DNA of 64,000 nucleotides from contig NC_043002.1 in the NCBI RefSeq assembly GCF_006345805.1, positions 92,442,001 to 92,506,000 of the forward strand, given 5' to 3'. This stretch comes from Octopus sinensis (Eukaryota). The position numbers and the translations under genes were made by a program. The notes beneath the pieces are model-generated. The model worked only from the letters and a program-made list of their open reading frames with translations, had not been told where the DNA came from and ran no database searches. Below, piece by piece: positions 25,570 to 37,639 of this stretch; the first letter of the stretch is position 1, and each line of letters starts with the position of its first letter.

Positions 25570-26604
25570 AACCTTTCAAAGAGGTCAAATTGATGGTGCT
25601 CGTATGGAAGGCGCTAGCATAATGAAAACAGCGGAAGTGTTTGATGTGTCACGAAGTACTGTCTCGAAAGTAATGGCAGCCTTTGAGAAAGAGGGAAAAA
25701 CCTCCTCGTCGAAACAAAACTCCGGAAGAAAACCAAAACTTTCAGATAGGGACCGTCGGACTCTTACGCGAATAGCTAGAAAGAATCGCAAACGTACAGC
25801 TCCCAGAATTACTGCAGAGTTTAATGACCCCCTCGACAACCCAATTACCACAAGAACTGTTCGCCGGGAGCTACACAAAGGTGGATTTGACGGGAGGGCT
25901 GCAATCAGAAAACCACCACTTTCAAAATCAAGCGTTGCAAAGTGTTTATAGGGCAGTAAAAACCTACATAATAGGTCCCTAGAGCAGTGGAAGAATGTTA
26001 TTTTCTCGGACGAGTCAGCCTTTACCTTAATTCCGACCACCGGCCGAGTATACGTGTAGATACAGCCAAAAGAAGCATTTGACCCAGACTACTTTCTTCC
26101 AACTGTTAAACATGGAAGAGGATCTGTGATGATTTGTGGGTGTTAAGGGGCTATATATTGGAAATCCACTGGCCCAATGGTTTCCATTCTTGGCAGAATT
26201 AATAGTGAAGACTATTTAAGCATTTTATCTGATCAAATTCATCCTACGGTTGTGGAACTGTTTCCGGAGGGAAACGCAATGTTTCAGGATGATAATGCAC
26301 CAATTCACATAGCTAAAGTTGTTACTGAGTGGCACGTGGAACATTCTAGTGACGTTGAACATCTTATCTGGCCACCACAGTCCCCACATCTCAATATTAT
26401 TGAACATTTATGGAGCATTATAGAAATACAAGTAAGGAGTCGATATCCTCCACCATCATCACTACAAGAACTGGAGACTGTTTTAGCTGAAGAATGAAGA
26501 AAAATTCCTTTGGAAATAATTCAAACTTTGTACGAGTCCCCACCTCGTAGAATTCAAGCTGTAATTACTGGCAAAGATGTTTCCATTGTTTTGTCTAACG
26601 CCTG
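25570..26604 (+). mobile_element. Tc1-family transposon, 5'-truncated; transposase pseudogene
   Basis: Paired-like HTH (FQRGQIDGAR...SGRKPKL) and catalytic motifs FSDES, QDDNAP and NIIEHLW, with 36 residues between the DNAP Asp and the Glu. In-frame stops. Right TIR-like end ...TTTTGTCTAACGCCTG followed by TA. Confidence 0.92.
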
Positions 26605-26634
26605 TATATGTATATATATATATATATATATATA

Positions 26635-26782
26635 GGCGCAGAAGTGGCTGTGTGGTAAGTAGCTTGCTTACCAACCACATGGTTCCGGGTTCAGAGCCTT
26701 GTGAGTGGATTTGGTAGACGGAAACTGAAAGAAGCCCGTCTTATATGTGTGTGTGTGTGTGTGCGTGTGTGTGTGTGTTGTG

Positions 26783-26814
<32 letters not shown>

Positions 26815-27050
26815 CGTGTGTGCATGTGTGTGTGTGTGTGTGTGGTGTGTGTGTTTGTGTGCTTGTGTGTCTGTGTTTGTACCCTAAACTCGCTTGACAA
26901 CCGATGCTGGTGTGTTTACTTCCCCGTAACTTAGCAGTTCGGTAAAAGAGACCGCTAAATATGTACAAAGAATAAGTCCAGGAGTGGATTTTCTCGACTA
27001 AAAGCAGTGCCCCAGCATAGCCGCAGTCAACTGGCTGAAACAAGTAAATG
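26635..27050 (+). mobile_element. SINE family A (internally deleted)
   Basis: Head at 26635 after (TA)n; tail GAAACAAGTAAA. Confidence 0.85.
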
Positions 27051-27530
27051 GATGAAACAACTAAACGAGGGAAAATTTGAGCTGATGCATTTTTGGAAAA
27101 AGACTATGCTAAAACATCCGTACTCTCTTCCTTCAGGGTAACCTCTCCCAGCATCTAATAATATCAGGGACCTAGGAGTACTTGTTGATAACAATCTCAG
27201 TTGGAATGCCCACATCAACAATAAGGTCGATATACCTCGTAGGATGTGCTCCTGGATCTTAAGAACCTTCCGGTCCAGAGAACAAAGTATCATCATTCCA
27301 CTTTTCTTCTCGTTTGTACGGCCACACCTCGAATACTGCTACCCCATGTGGTCTCCCCATACAAAACAAAACATCTCGAAAACTGAATCACCCCGGCGAT
27401 CATTCACTAAAAGAATTAAGGGCATGACTGATCTCGGTTACTGGGACCGCCTTAAAACATTGAAACTCTATTCTCTCCAGCGCCGCCGTGGGCGATACAT
27501 CATTTGCACGATGTGGAGAATATAGCACCA
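27051..27530 (+). pseudogene. CR1-clade LINE, RT C-terminal part (5' piece)
   Basis: IRDLGVLVDNNLSWNAHI...VRPHLEYCYPMWSP...SFTKRIKGMTDLGYWDRLKTLKLYSLQRRR; typical CR1/L2 RT thumb region. Confidence 0.88.
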
Positions 27531-28194
27531 TCATCATCATCATTGTTCGACCGTGGTCGAGACAATGGAATTTACCATGCTACGCCAGACTTCACGGTCC
27601 ATCATGGCATTACGGAGGTCCTGTTGCAGGATGCCTGTATCCCTGGAGATTACATCAGGGTAGGAGAGTGGGTGTTTGTTTGGTGCTGTTTGGTTGGGAG
27701 CTGACTCTTCTCCATCAGGTGATACCCGTCTGTTAAGATTGAGGGCATCACCGTCAATGGATGCCCTTGGAGGTGCAACGTGATCAGAGACAGGACCCGG
27801 GAAAGCAGGTGCTGGACCTACATCCGCAGGTATACCATTAGGTCTGGTTCCCTGGGGAAGAGGAACCCTGGTGCAGTTAATTGCAAATTCCATAGTCTTT
27901 TCAAATGGCTAATAATGTGTGCGGGCGCCACTACTACAGACATTGGAAAGCATTGTACAACCAAGTACTAAAGAAGATCTTTCCTCCTCCATGAAACAAA
28001 GCTGTTCCCGCTGGACGTCAACCCAGTATTTCTAAGCTACGGACCGAGTGATTTATTGTAAGGTTATCTCCCTATATAGATTGCCTTCACAACGGCTAAG
28101 GAGCCCTTTCTACCCCACTGACACAGGTTGTACTGGTTTACAGTTTACCAGTAGTAGGATCCGATGCTGCATACAACAGACCTAACCTGACAAG
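27531..28194 (-). mobile_element. RTE-derived non-autonomous element (5' region fused to RTE 3' end) inserted into the CR1
   Basis: 7-bp TSD AGCACCA (27524-27530, 28195-28201); (GAT)n tail on minus; C-terminal peptide YPDVISRDTGILQQDLRNAMMDREVWR typical of RTE ORF ends. Confidence 0.75.
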
Positions 28195-28550
28195 AGCACC
28201 AGCATTGCCCATACGAGCTCAACATTAGCTTCAAAATTCATCCAAGGCTAGGACCACGGGCCATACGTCCCCTACCCAATTCATGGTCACAACACAATTT
28301 CTTTCCCTCAACAAGTCCTATTTAACATTGTCCTGAAACGAATCAAAGAGGAAAAGGATCCCATTACCTTTAAACGGAATCTGGACTGATTTCTTCGAGG
28401 AATATCAGATAAGCCACCCATACCTGGATACAACTCACTCAACAAGAACTCCCTACTCGAATGGACCATGATACCACAAAACTTGACTTAAAAAGAATTT
28501 AGATAATCCTATCAGGTGGTGTTATTAAGTTAGACATGGCCTTGACCAAT
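28195..28550 (+). pseudogene. CR1-clade LINE, 3' piece and 3' UTR
   Basis: Continues across the TSD (HQHCPYELNISFKIHPRLGPRAIRP...), later FKRNLD*FLRGISDKPPIPGYNSLNKNSLLEW. Confidence 0.8.
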
Positions 28551-28828
28551 ATTTGTGGGAGGGAGCCAGTCGAGTAGATCAAACTCAGTACGCAACTGGT
28601 ATTTAAATCATAGATTCCGCAAGGATGAAAAACAAAGTCGACCTCGGCGGAATTTGAGCTTAGAACATAGCGGCAGACGAAATACCACTAAGCATTTAGG
28701 CCCGGCGTGCTAACGATTCTGCCAACTCGTCGCTTTAAGCCACATCAGAATAATGGTTTCAAATTTTGCCACCAGGGCAGTAATTTTGGAGGAGGGTATG
28801 AGTCGATTACATCGACCCCAGTGTTTTT

Positions 28829-28860
<32 letters not shown>

Positions 28861-29595
28861 TGTATGTATGTATGTATGTATGTATGCATGTATGTATGTA
28901 TGTATGTATGTATGTATGTATGTATGCATGCATGCATGCATGTATGTATGTATGTATGTATGTATGTATGTAGACGACGGATTTCCACACAGCTTCCGTC
29001 TGCCGAATTCTCTCTCAAGGTATTGATCGGCCCGACGCTATGGTTAAAGTCAACTTCCCAAAGTGCAGTGCAGTGGAACGGAACTCGAAACAACACGGCT
29101 GCAAAGCGAGCTTCTTAACCACAAAGCCATGAATATTTGAAATCCTTACCGTTGCACATAATTTGATGTATGGTTGCATTACTAACGGAGGGCGTGGGGA
29201 GGCGTACCGTGGTGTAGGCCAACAGAACACACGTATTTCCCGGTTGTTCTGCTTCGCTGGAAATAGCGGTATTGTGTGAAGATGTCGACAGCTTTGTGCT
29301 CTACAGTTGACGACGGTTGGCGGGTGTCTCAGACTGTAAGTTGGATGTGAAGTACAACAATATAAAAACTTTTCATAGTTAAAGGTACCGTTTAGAAATA
29401 ACAAGAAATAAACAGAGAAAAAGTCACGTGATTTGTAACCGGAAATAAGAATAAAGAAAGAAAATAGCGTCTGGGGTATAAAACGATTGATGTTAACCGG
29501 AAGTCAAGTATAAGAAGTCTGTAACCTCCCTCTCCATACCTCGACAATCTTAGCGCTGCTATTTCAACTAATGTTTTTCGTGTCAATATATATAT

Positions 29596-29656
<61 letters not shown>

Positions 29657-29661
29657 CGTAT

Positions 29662-29692
<31 letters not shown>

Positions 29693-30129
29693 CGCCCTAG
29701 CATACACACCCCATCACCGTTTACCAACTGGCGTCAGACAGGACAGTACTGATTATGGTGGTGGTGGTGGTGGTGGTAGTGGTGGTGGTAATTATGATAA
29801 TGGTGGTGGTGGTGATGGTGGGGATGGTGGTAGTGGTGGCGGCAGTGATGCTGTCGCTGGTGTACTGATGGTGGCGGTTTGTTTTGAATGTTGGTGGTAG
29901 AGGTCATGATAAAGCTAGTGGTGGCGGTTGAGGTGGAGACGATGATTGTGTGATTGTGGGTTCTTGCAGCAGCAGCAGCAGCAGCGGTAGTGGGTAGTAG
30001 TAGTAGTAGTAGTAGTATAGTAGTAGTAGTAGTAGTAGTAGTAGTAATAGTAGTAGTAGTAACAGCAGCAGCAGTAGTAGTAGTAGTAATAGTAGTGGTA
30101 ATGGTGGTGGTGGTGGTGGTGGTGGTGGT

Positions 30130-30765
30130 CGATTAAATAAGTACCAGTTACGCACTGGAGTCGATATAATCGTTTGTCTATCCTTGTTTGTCCCTTCTGT
30201 GTTTAGCCCCTTGTGGGTAGTAAAGAAATAGATATTTCGTCTGCCGCTACGTTCTGAGTTCAAATTCCGCCGAGGTAGACTGTGCCTTTCATCCTTTCGG
30301 GGTCAATTAAATAAGTACCAGTTACGCACTGGGGTCGATATAATTGACTTAATCCGTTTGTCTGTCCTTGTTTGTCCTCTCTGTGTTTAGCCCCTTGTGG
30401 GTAGTAAAGAAATAGATATTTCGTCTACCGCTACATTCTGAGTTCAAATTCCGCCGAGGTCGGCTTTGCTTTTCATCCTTTCGGGGTCAATTAAATAAGT
30501 ACCAGTTACGCACTGGGGTCGATATAATTGACTTAATCCGTTTGTCTGTCCTTGTTTGTCCTGTCTGTGTTTAGCCCCTCGTGTGTAGTAAAGAAATAGA
30601 TATTTCGTCTGCCGCTACATTCTGAGTTCAAATTCCGCCGAGGTCGGCTTTGCCTTTCATCCTTACGGCGTCGATAAATTAAGTACCAGTTGTGCACTGG
30701 GGTCGATCTAATCGACTGGCCCCCTCCCCCAAAATTTCGGGCCTTGTGCCTAGAGTAGAAAAGAA
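30130..30765 (+). mobile_element. SINE family B head-to-tail multimer (3+ units of ~180 bp)
   Basis: The junction AAAGAAATAGATATTTCGTCT is repeated near 30230, 30410 and 30595. Confidence 0.88.
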
Positions 30766-31265
30766 TGGGTAGGAGTTTATGAGATTTTGGCTGCATCGTT
30801 AAACTGCCTTGTGGTGTTAGTTCTGATTCTTAACGCTCTGGCTTCGAATCCCGTCCATGTCAATAATACTTTTCATGTTCCCAGAATCGTTAAAATTAAG
30901 TACCATTTAAATCCTGGCTGGGGTTGATTTCATCGACTGTTTCCGTCTCGCCCAAGACAAAAGATGTACATGATAACACTTCCAATCAGTTAAGATCAGA
31001 AGCTATGAGAGCCAGTGCCTGGCACTGCATCAGGGCATTTTATTATCATTATTATTTTGTCGCTACGTTCTGAGTTCAAAGTCCACCGAGGTCAACTTTG
31101 CCTTTCATCCTTTCGGGCTTGATGAATTAAGTACAAGTAAAGTACTAGGGTCAATACAATCGAATAGACCCTTCACCCACCCAATTTCAGTCCTTGCGCA
31201 TTTAGTAGAAAGGATTATTATTATTATCATCATCATCATCATCATTGTTATTACTATTATTATTA

Positions 31266-31296
<31 letters not shown>

Positions 31297-32256
31297 GATT
31301 GGCGAGCTGGCAAAATTGTTAGCTCTCTGGAGGAAATGCTTAGTGGTAATTCGTCCGTCGCTACGTTCTGAGTTCAAATTCCGCCGAGGTCGATTTTACC
31401 TTTCATCCTTTCGGGGTCGATAAATTAAGTACCAGTTGAGTACTGAGGTCAATGTAATCGACTATCCCCCCTCCCCCAAATTTCAGGCCTTGTGCCTATA
31501 ATAGAAAGGATTATTATTATTATTATTGTTGTTGTTGGTGGTGGTGGTTGTGGTGTTGTTGTTGTTGTTGTTGTTGTTGTTGTGTTGTTGTTTTTGATGT
31601 TGTTGTTGTTGTTGCTGTTATCATTATTATTATTATTATTATTATTGGCGAGTAGGTAGGTAGAATTGTTCGAACTCCAGACAAAATGCTGGGAAGCAGT
31701 TCATGTGTTTGTACTTTTTGAGCTCAAGGTTGACATTACTTTTTATTTTTTCGAGATCGATGAAATAAGCACCAATTTAGCACCGGTGTCCATATAATCG
31801 ACTAACCTCCGACTTACCCACCGCCCGCCAGAATTGAACGTCTTCAGTGCCTTTCGCAGAAAAGCTTAATTATTTCAACCGCGATCAATATTTGCCTTTC
31901 GATTTCCCAGTGAAACAGAGAAAAACTGAGAAATAACTGGGTTGATCTAAACGACTGACCACCGTCCGAAATTTCTGACCATGAGCTCATATTAGAAATT
32001 GATGAAGGTGACGACAAAAATCTCACAAGAAGATCCTGGTTGGTGATTAACGGAAATTGATACTAATAGTGCCTATTGTGTTAGTAGCATTCTATAGTTA
32101 TTGTTGTTTTCGTTGATGTTGTTGCTATTGCTGTTTAGACTCGGGTCAGCCCTAATTAAGAATATCATCTCAATCTTGGTCCTTTTCTTTTTCGGTTCTA
32201 ACAAATCAAAGTTTGAACTTGTATAGTTGCAATCTGAGATATAGAAAAAAAAAGGG

Positions 32257-32711
32257 GGATCTTTTCGGTTTGACCGGCAGTTTTTTCTAGCGGTGTCATA
32301 TGAAATTGTCACCCATAATTATGACCCTAGAGTCGATCTATTGCATTTCAATCTGTTTTAGGGTTAGGGTTAGTTAGGGTTAGGGTTAGGATTAGGGGTG
32401 GGGGAAAGGGTATCTTTTTTTCTTCACAAATGTAAATAAACCCAATCTGTTTCTTAAACGAGGGACATATTCATACGGCACAAAATGTTTTTTTTTTTTA
32501 CTTCACTGATTGGTTGAAATCAGTCACTGATTGGTTGAAATTGCAGAAATTGAAGAAAAAAACAACAAATATCTTACAAACTATAGAATTTTCTCAATAA
32601 AGCCAAGAGAAAAAGATGTTTTATAAACACATTCTACCAGTATACGAAGTTTAAAATTTTTTAGTTACCTAGAAATTATGTTAAAAACTGCCGTTCAAAC
32701 CGAAAAGATCC
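32257..32711 (-). mobile_element. MITE copy 2 (opposite orientation; no 8-bp TSD)
   Basis: Same TIRs and internal sequence as 15862-16301, reverse-complemented; TTAGGG repeats at ~32358-32396. Confidence 0.9.
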
Positions 32712-33344
32712 TATTGTTGTTTTCGTTGATGTTGTTGCTATTGTTGTTTAGGCTCGGGTCAGCCCTAATTAGAAATATCATCTCAATCTTGGCCATTTTC
32801 TTTTTCTGTTCTAACAAATCAAAGTTTGAACTTGTATAGTTGCAATCCGAGCTATAGATAAAAGAAGATGAACAAACGAAAGGAAATAGAGAGAGAGGGG
32901 GAAAGAGGGAGAGAGAGAGAGAGGTGGGGGTCAGACAGACTAGGAGAAAAGTGTTGGGGTAGTAATGAACTGAAGCGTATCGAGATCCTAACTGGATGCT
33001 GTTAGTTTTCTTGGTGGGTAGTTTAACGTTCCGTTTGACCACATCCTATAACAGGTGTGAACACATTCCACTTTAACTCTTTCATTTGATGACGTGTTTT
33101 TTTTTTCTTTTTATAGTTTTACTATTTTATTCGTTGCACGTGTTTCTTCAAGTATCTCGCTGTATGCGTATATATAATGTGTGTGTGTGTGTGTGTACGT
33201 ATGTGCGTGCGTGTGTGTGTATGTGTGTGTGCGTTTATGTATTGCCCTGCGCGACACTCCCTTCATCGGATAACGTCTGTAGGCCGCAACGGTTTTCGAT
33301 AATAATCTCTTCCTTCCAACAGTACCGGGTAAAACACCCTCTTC

Positions 33345-33655
33345 GGTCATGAGTGCCCATGGAATTGAATCTAGAGAGTTCCCCACCCCAAGGCATAAGT
33401 CCGGGTAAGGTTATTTATGGAAGACCAGTAATCGTCCATATATGCCAGTCTCCCCTCTCTACACCACCGATGTTATCCAAGGGAAAGGCAAACACCGATA
33501 CAGCTTGGCAACTCATTTCGACAGCTGAGTATACTGGAGCAACATTAAATAAAGTATCTTGCTCAAGAACACAAATTACGACCTGTGTCCGGAAATCGAA
33601 CTCACTACCTCATGATTCTGAGCCCGACACAATAACCACTGAGCCATGTGCCTTC
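33345..33655 (-). mobile_element. SINE family D, diverged
   Basis: Homologous to 14455-14863 and 63121-63468. Confidence 0.7.
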
Positions 33656-36429
33656 ATAGTACCAACACTACCTAGTATAAAATGTCCAGGCTTTCTGGGC
33701 CCGCACTAGCATGTTTTTTGTTGTTCTTTTGTCATTTCTTTTCTCTGGCCATTCACGCAACCAGCCCATCAACTTCAGGGTAACAGTAAATACTTTAACC
33801 ATGTAGCTGGTGATTTGTTTTTGCTGTTGTCTGTCTCTTACACGCCTCTGCCATATCTTTATCGAAGCAGTTTATTAATCACTGCTCTGTTCTCCTTCAC
33901 AAGTTCATGACCAGGCCAACAATTAGGAGCTCGCGATCCTCTAATGCCGTTTAGTCACAAGGTCGTGAGGTCGCGAGGTCAAGAGCCATAAGGTTGTATG
34001 CTAGCAGAATGGACAAAAATACTACATTCTGTTTAGTGACACCTTTCGATAAACTGGCTTCAGTTTTCTCGTCCAACTCATCCTTGTTATTTGTTCCTTC
34101 TAAGAACAATAAAAGAGACGCCTCAACCAAATGAATCAAGTATTTCCTTAGCCAGTGCAAACATGACTTACGGCCGATTGGGAAAGTCTTTATTGCTGGA
34201 AAGAGAAATCAACATGACAGAGAAATAAGAAATCGTTTCTCTATGATAGTATCAATATATTTGAAATTGATACATCAATATGTTTCCGTGGGCGTTGTTT
34301 CGCTCATTGTCAGGCGGGGATATTAGAGCAGCATGGTTTTACTTAAACAGACAATCAATAAGAACACAAAAGTCGCATATTTTTAACAGAAATCTTCTAA
34401 CTAAAATCGAGCATCAATGTCTCATCAGATTCTTCCAGAAGGCATACCGACAAATCATTTGCAAACTTTAACTGTTGACAAGGCGTTGATTACAGACGTT
34501 GATAATCATTAGTAATTAACGCTGAATACCTACGGACACTTAATTACAGAGCAGCTGTATATTTCCTTTCCTTGTAAAATATCTAAACCCAACGCAAGAT
34601 GTCCATCTCTAGTAATTAACAATAGCTCCAATCCCGTCACTTTGCTGGCGACAAAATGGTAGCATTTAATATACTTTATGCATTTACTTATTGCAGTCAT
34701 TTTCACTGCGGCCATGATGGAGCACCGCCTTAAAGGGGTTTGTTGGGGTTTTTTTTTCAGTCGAAGCAATTGACCCCAGAACTTATTCTTTGTAAGCCTA
34801 GTATTTATTCTACCGGCCTCTTTTGCTGAACGGATAAATTACGGGGATGTAAACACACCAACATCGATTGTCAACCAACCGTCCGTCAAATCCCCTCACA
34901 AGGTTTTGTCGGCCCGAGGCTATATAGTAGAAGGCACTTGCCGGAGGTGTCACGCAGTAGGACTGAACACGGAACCATGTGGTTGAGAAGTAAGCTTCTT
35001 ACCACACAGTCACACCTGCACCTATACAATAATGCCGTTTCCATACCGGGAATATGTTTGCCCATTTAAAATGTTACCTTTAATACTTTTATATAATATA
35101 CAAAATTATATTCACCTTAAATAAAAGGTGTCTCCGAAATATTAGAATATTCCGCCGAGGTCGACTTTACCTTTCATCCTTTCGGGGTCGATAAAATAAG
35201 TATCAGTTGAACACTGGGGTCGATGTAATCGACTCATACCCTCCCCCAAAATTACTGCCCTGGTGGCAAAATTTGAAACCATTATTCTGATGTGGCTTAA
35301 GGCGACGAGTTGGCAGAATCGTTAGCACGCCGGGCCTAAATACTTAGTGGTATTTCGTCTGCCGCTATGTTCTAAGTTCAAATTCCGCCGAGGTCGACTT
35401 TGTTTTTCATCCTTGCGGGATCGATGAATTAAGTACCAGTTGCGTACTGAGTTTGATCTACTCGACTGGCTCCCTCCCACAAAATTTCAGGCCTTCTGCC
35501 TATCGTAGAAAGGAATGTTATGATGTGTCTTACTGCCTAATTTAAAGGAGTTTTGTTGGCTATTTTTAGCAGTTCGAATAATTATTTTTGTGAATATGTG
35601 TGTATATTAGTAACATTTGTAGCAGACAATGAATGGCAAAGTGATTTGTTTTCCTTTTTTTTTATAATTACATTTCAGTGAAATATCAAAGCGAAAACTT
35701 CTTTATGCATAGGGTCACAATACGTTCTGATTTATTAGCGTTGTTCTGACTACCGGCCGGATTGAGAATTCTGGAAAGATTAAATTTGCTAGGTATTGAT
35801 CCTAAGTAGTCTCCCAAGCGCATGATGAAACACTTGTAACAATAATCCGACTAGGGTTTGAAAAAAAAATTAACAAAAGAAAAAGATAGCCATTGAAAAA
35901 TAAAATATCAAATGGAGCCTAGAAAAATTAGTTGATGACAAGAAATTTTCATGGGCTGAGAGACACAGAGTTCTCTGAACTCAGGCTTGTGTGCACATTA
36001 ATAACAGAGAACATTAAGATATTATATAAGATGAGCAAAACGCCCCCCCCACCGTCCAATGGCCGGTGCTGAGTTGTCAAACATTTAAACCAAATTTTCT
36101 CAAAACAACTTGTCCGCCCGTCCCATAGGCCTCCCCTTTGAGAAGCACTGATTTGACCTAAATTTGAGACACCAGCAAAAGAAGAAATAAGATAGATTTT
36201 TTTCTATTCCAAAGAAAAGCGATTTTATTCACACAAATATGCAACCGAAGAGTTTAAAGTACCAATAATGATAAGGCTGTTGACTGGGAGAACACAAACA
36301 TGGTTTAAACAGTAAGCTTGGCAGGAAAGAAACGTGCCTTTAAGCAGTACAAAAACAACAAAAAATGGAAGGTACAGTTATGTACCTGTTGACGGAAGAA
36401 AAGAAGGACAAAAACGGCTTTATCTATCG

Positions 36430-36587
36430 CATTCTCCCCTGGAATCGATTTTTGTAATTTTTTCAAGACATACATGCCCTGATACTGTCGGTATCTACAC
36501 ATCAAATTCGAACGCAATCGGATGGAAGATGCCCGAGATCCTAGAAGACACGCACACAGACAGACAGAACGGATTTTATATAATAGA
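36430..36587 (-). mobile_element. Possible non-autonomous Helitron 5' fragment
   Basis: The minus strand starts A|TCTATTATATAAAATCCG followed by (CTGT)n, the same architecture as 38418; 3' end not found. Confidence 0.35.
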
Positions 36588-37639
36588 TATGTTTTACATG
36601 AGAAATAGAGGCAGGCTGCAGAGCTTGGACGATTCAACTTGACCCATAAACAATTCACCGAAATTGCTCTGGGACGTGTGAGTGAAGAATCTTTCATCTT
36701 TTACTCTGTTTTAACCAAGCTGCAGGGAACGTCTGGAATTTTGACAACCATACTAAATTCTTGTTTCTCTCACACACAAATTTATGGAAATATACACAGT
36801 CTATCCGGTGAGTATACATTTTTTCTTACACACATGAACTTTTGGATTAAATATCAATGAATTTTACGTTATTTCATGAATACGCAATTGGATCTGCATA
36901 TTTCATCGCTGTTTTTCTTACTATGTTATTAACTTAAATTTCTGTTGTTGACACATCCTGAAATAAACCAAGTGTAATACATAATTTCTATTTCTTTGAC
37001 GTTTCTTACATATTTCCTGTAAAATAATTTTGTTTTAGAAGGGAAAAAGGGAAAATAGTAAAGCTTCTGACAATGCGGAAAGTTTAACAAAACGTTTATA
37101 TTTCAGGCGCAAAGGCTCAGCGTCGTCTTAGCAGCAGCAATCACTCCTCAACATAAGGCTGAGGGATTTGAGTAGGTTAACGGAACTTATATCATCTAAA
37201 CATTTCCCAGACTGTTTTTCTTCTGAGGAAGGGCCCTTGCGCCTGTAATATAAAATGTTAAACTTTCTGCATAGTCAGAAGATTTCTGTATTGCCAGAAG
37301 CTTTCCTATTCTCCCTTTTTTCCCTTCTTCGATTTTACAATGCGTCAAGCGAACTACAACGCTCTAATTTTGTTTTAATTTTTACAATGTTGAAAAGAAT
37401 GTGTCCATTTACGAAGAGAAGTCAAGAAGGATTGCCCCTTCCTAAAATATTTTTAAAAAAAAACTTCGAGTCGACAAAATAAAATGCTATCCCCGTTTTT
37501 CAGAGTTTTGTACGGCACACAGTGGTAGGGTGGATATTTAATTTCATTTGAAATCTGAAAGGTACAAAGTGATTTTTGTTGCTAGTTCGTCACGATTAAA
37601 TACCTTTTATTTTAAAAGTCAGAGATAATCAAACGTTAG

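Noticed and set aside
36334-36642. 102-aa ORF as a host gene
   Set aside because: It overlaps the antisense strand of a Helitron-like fragment; no recognisable domain.
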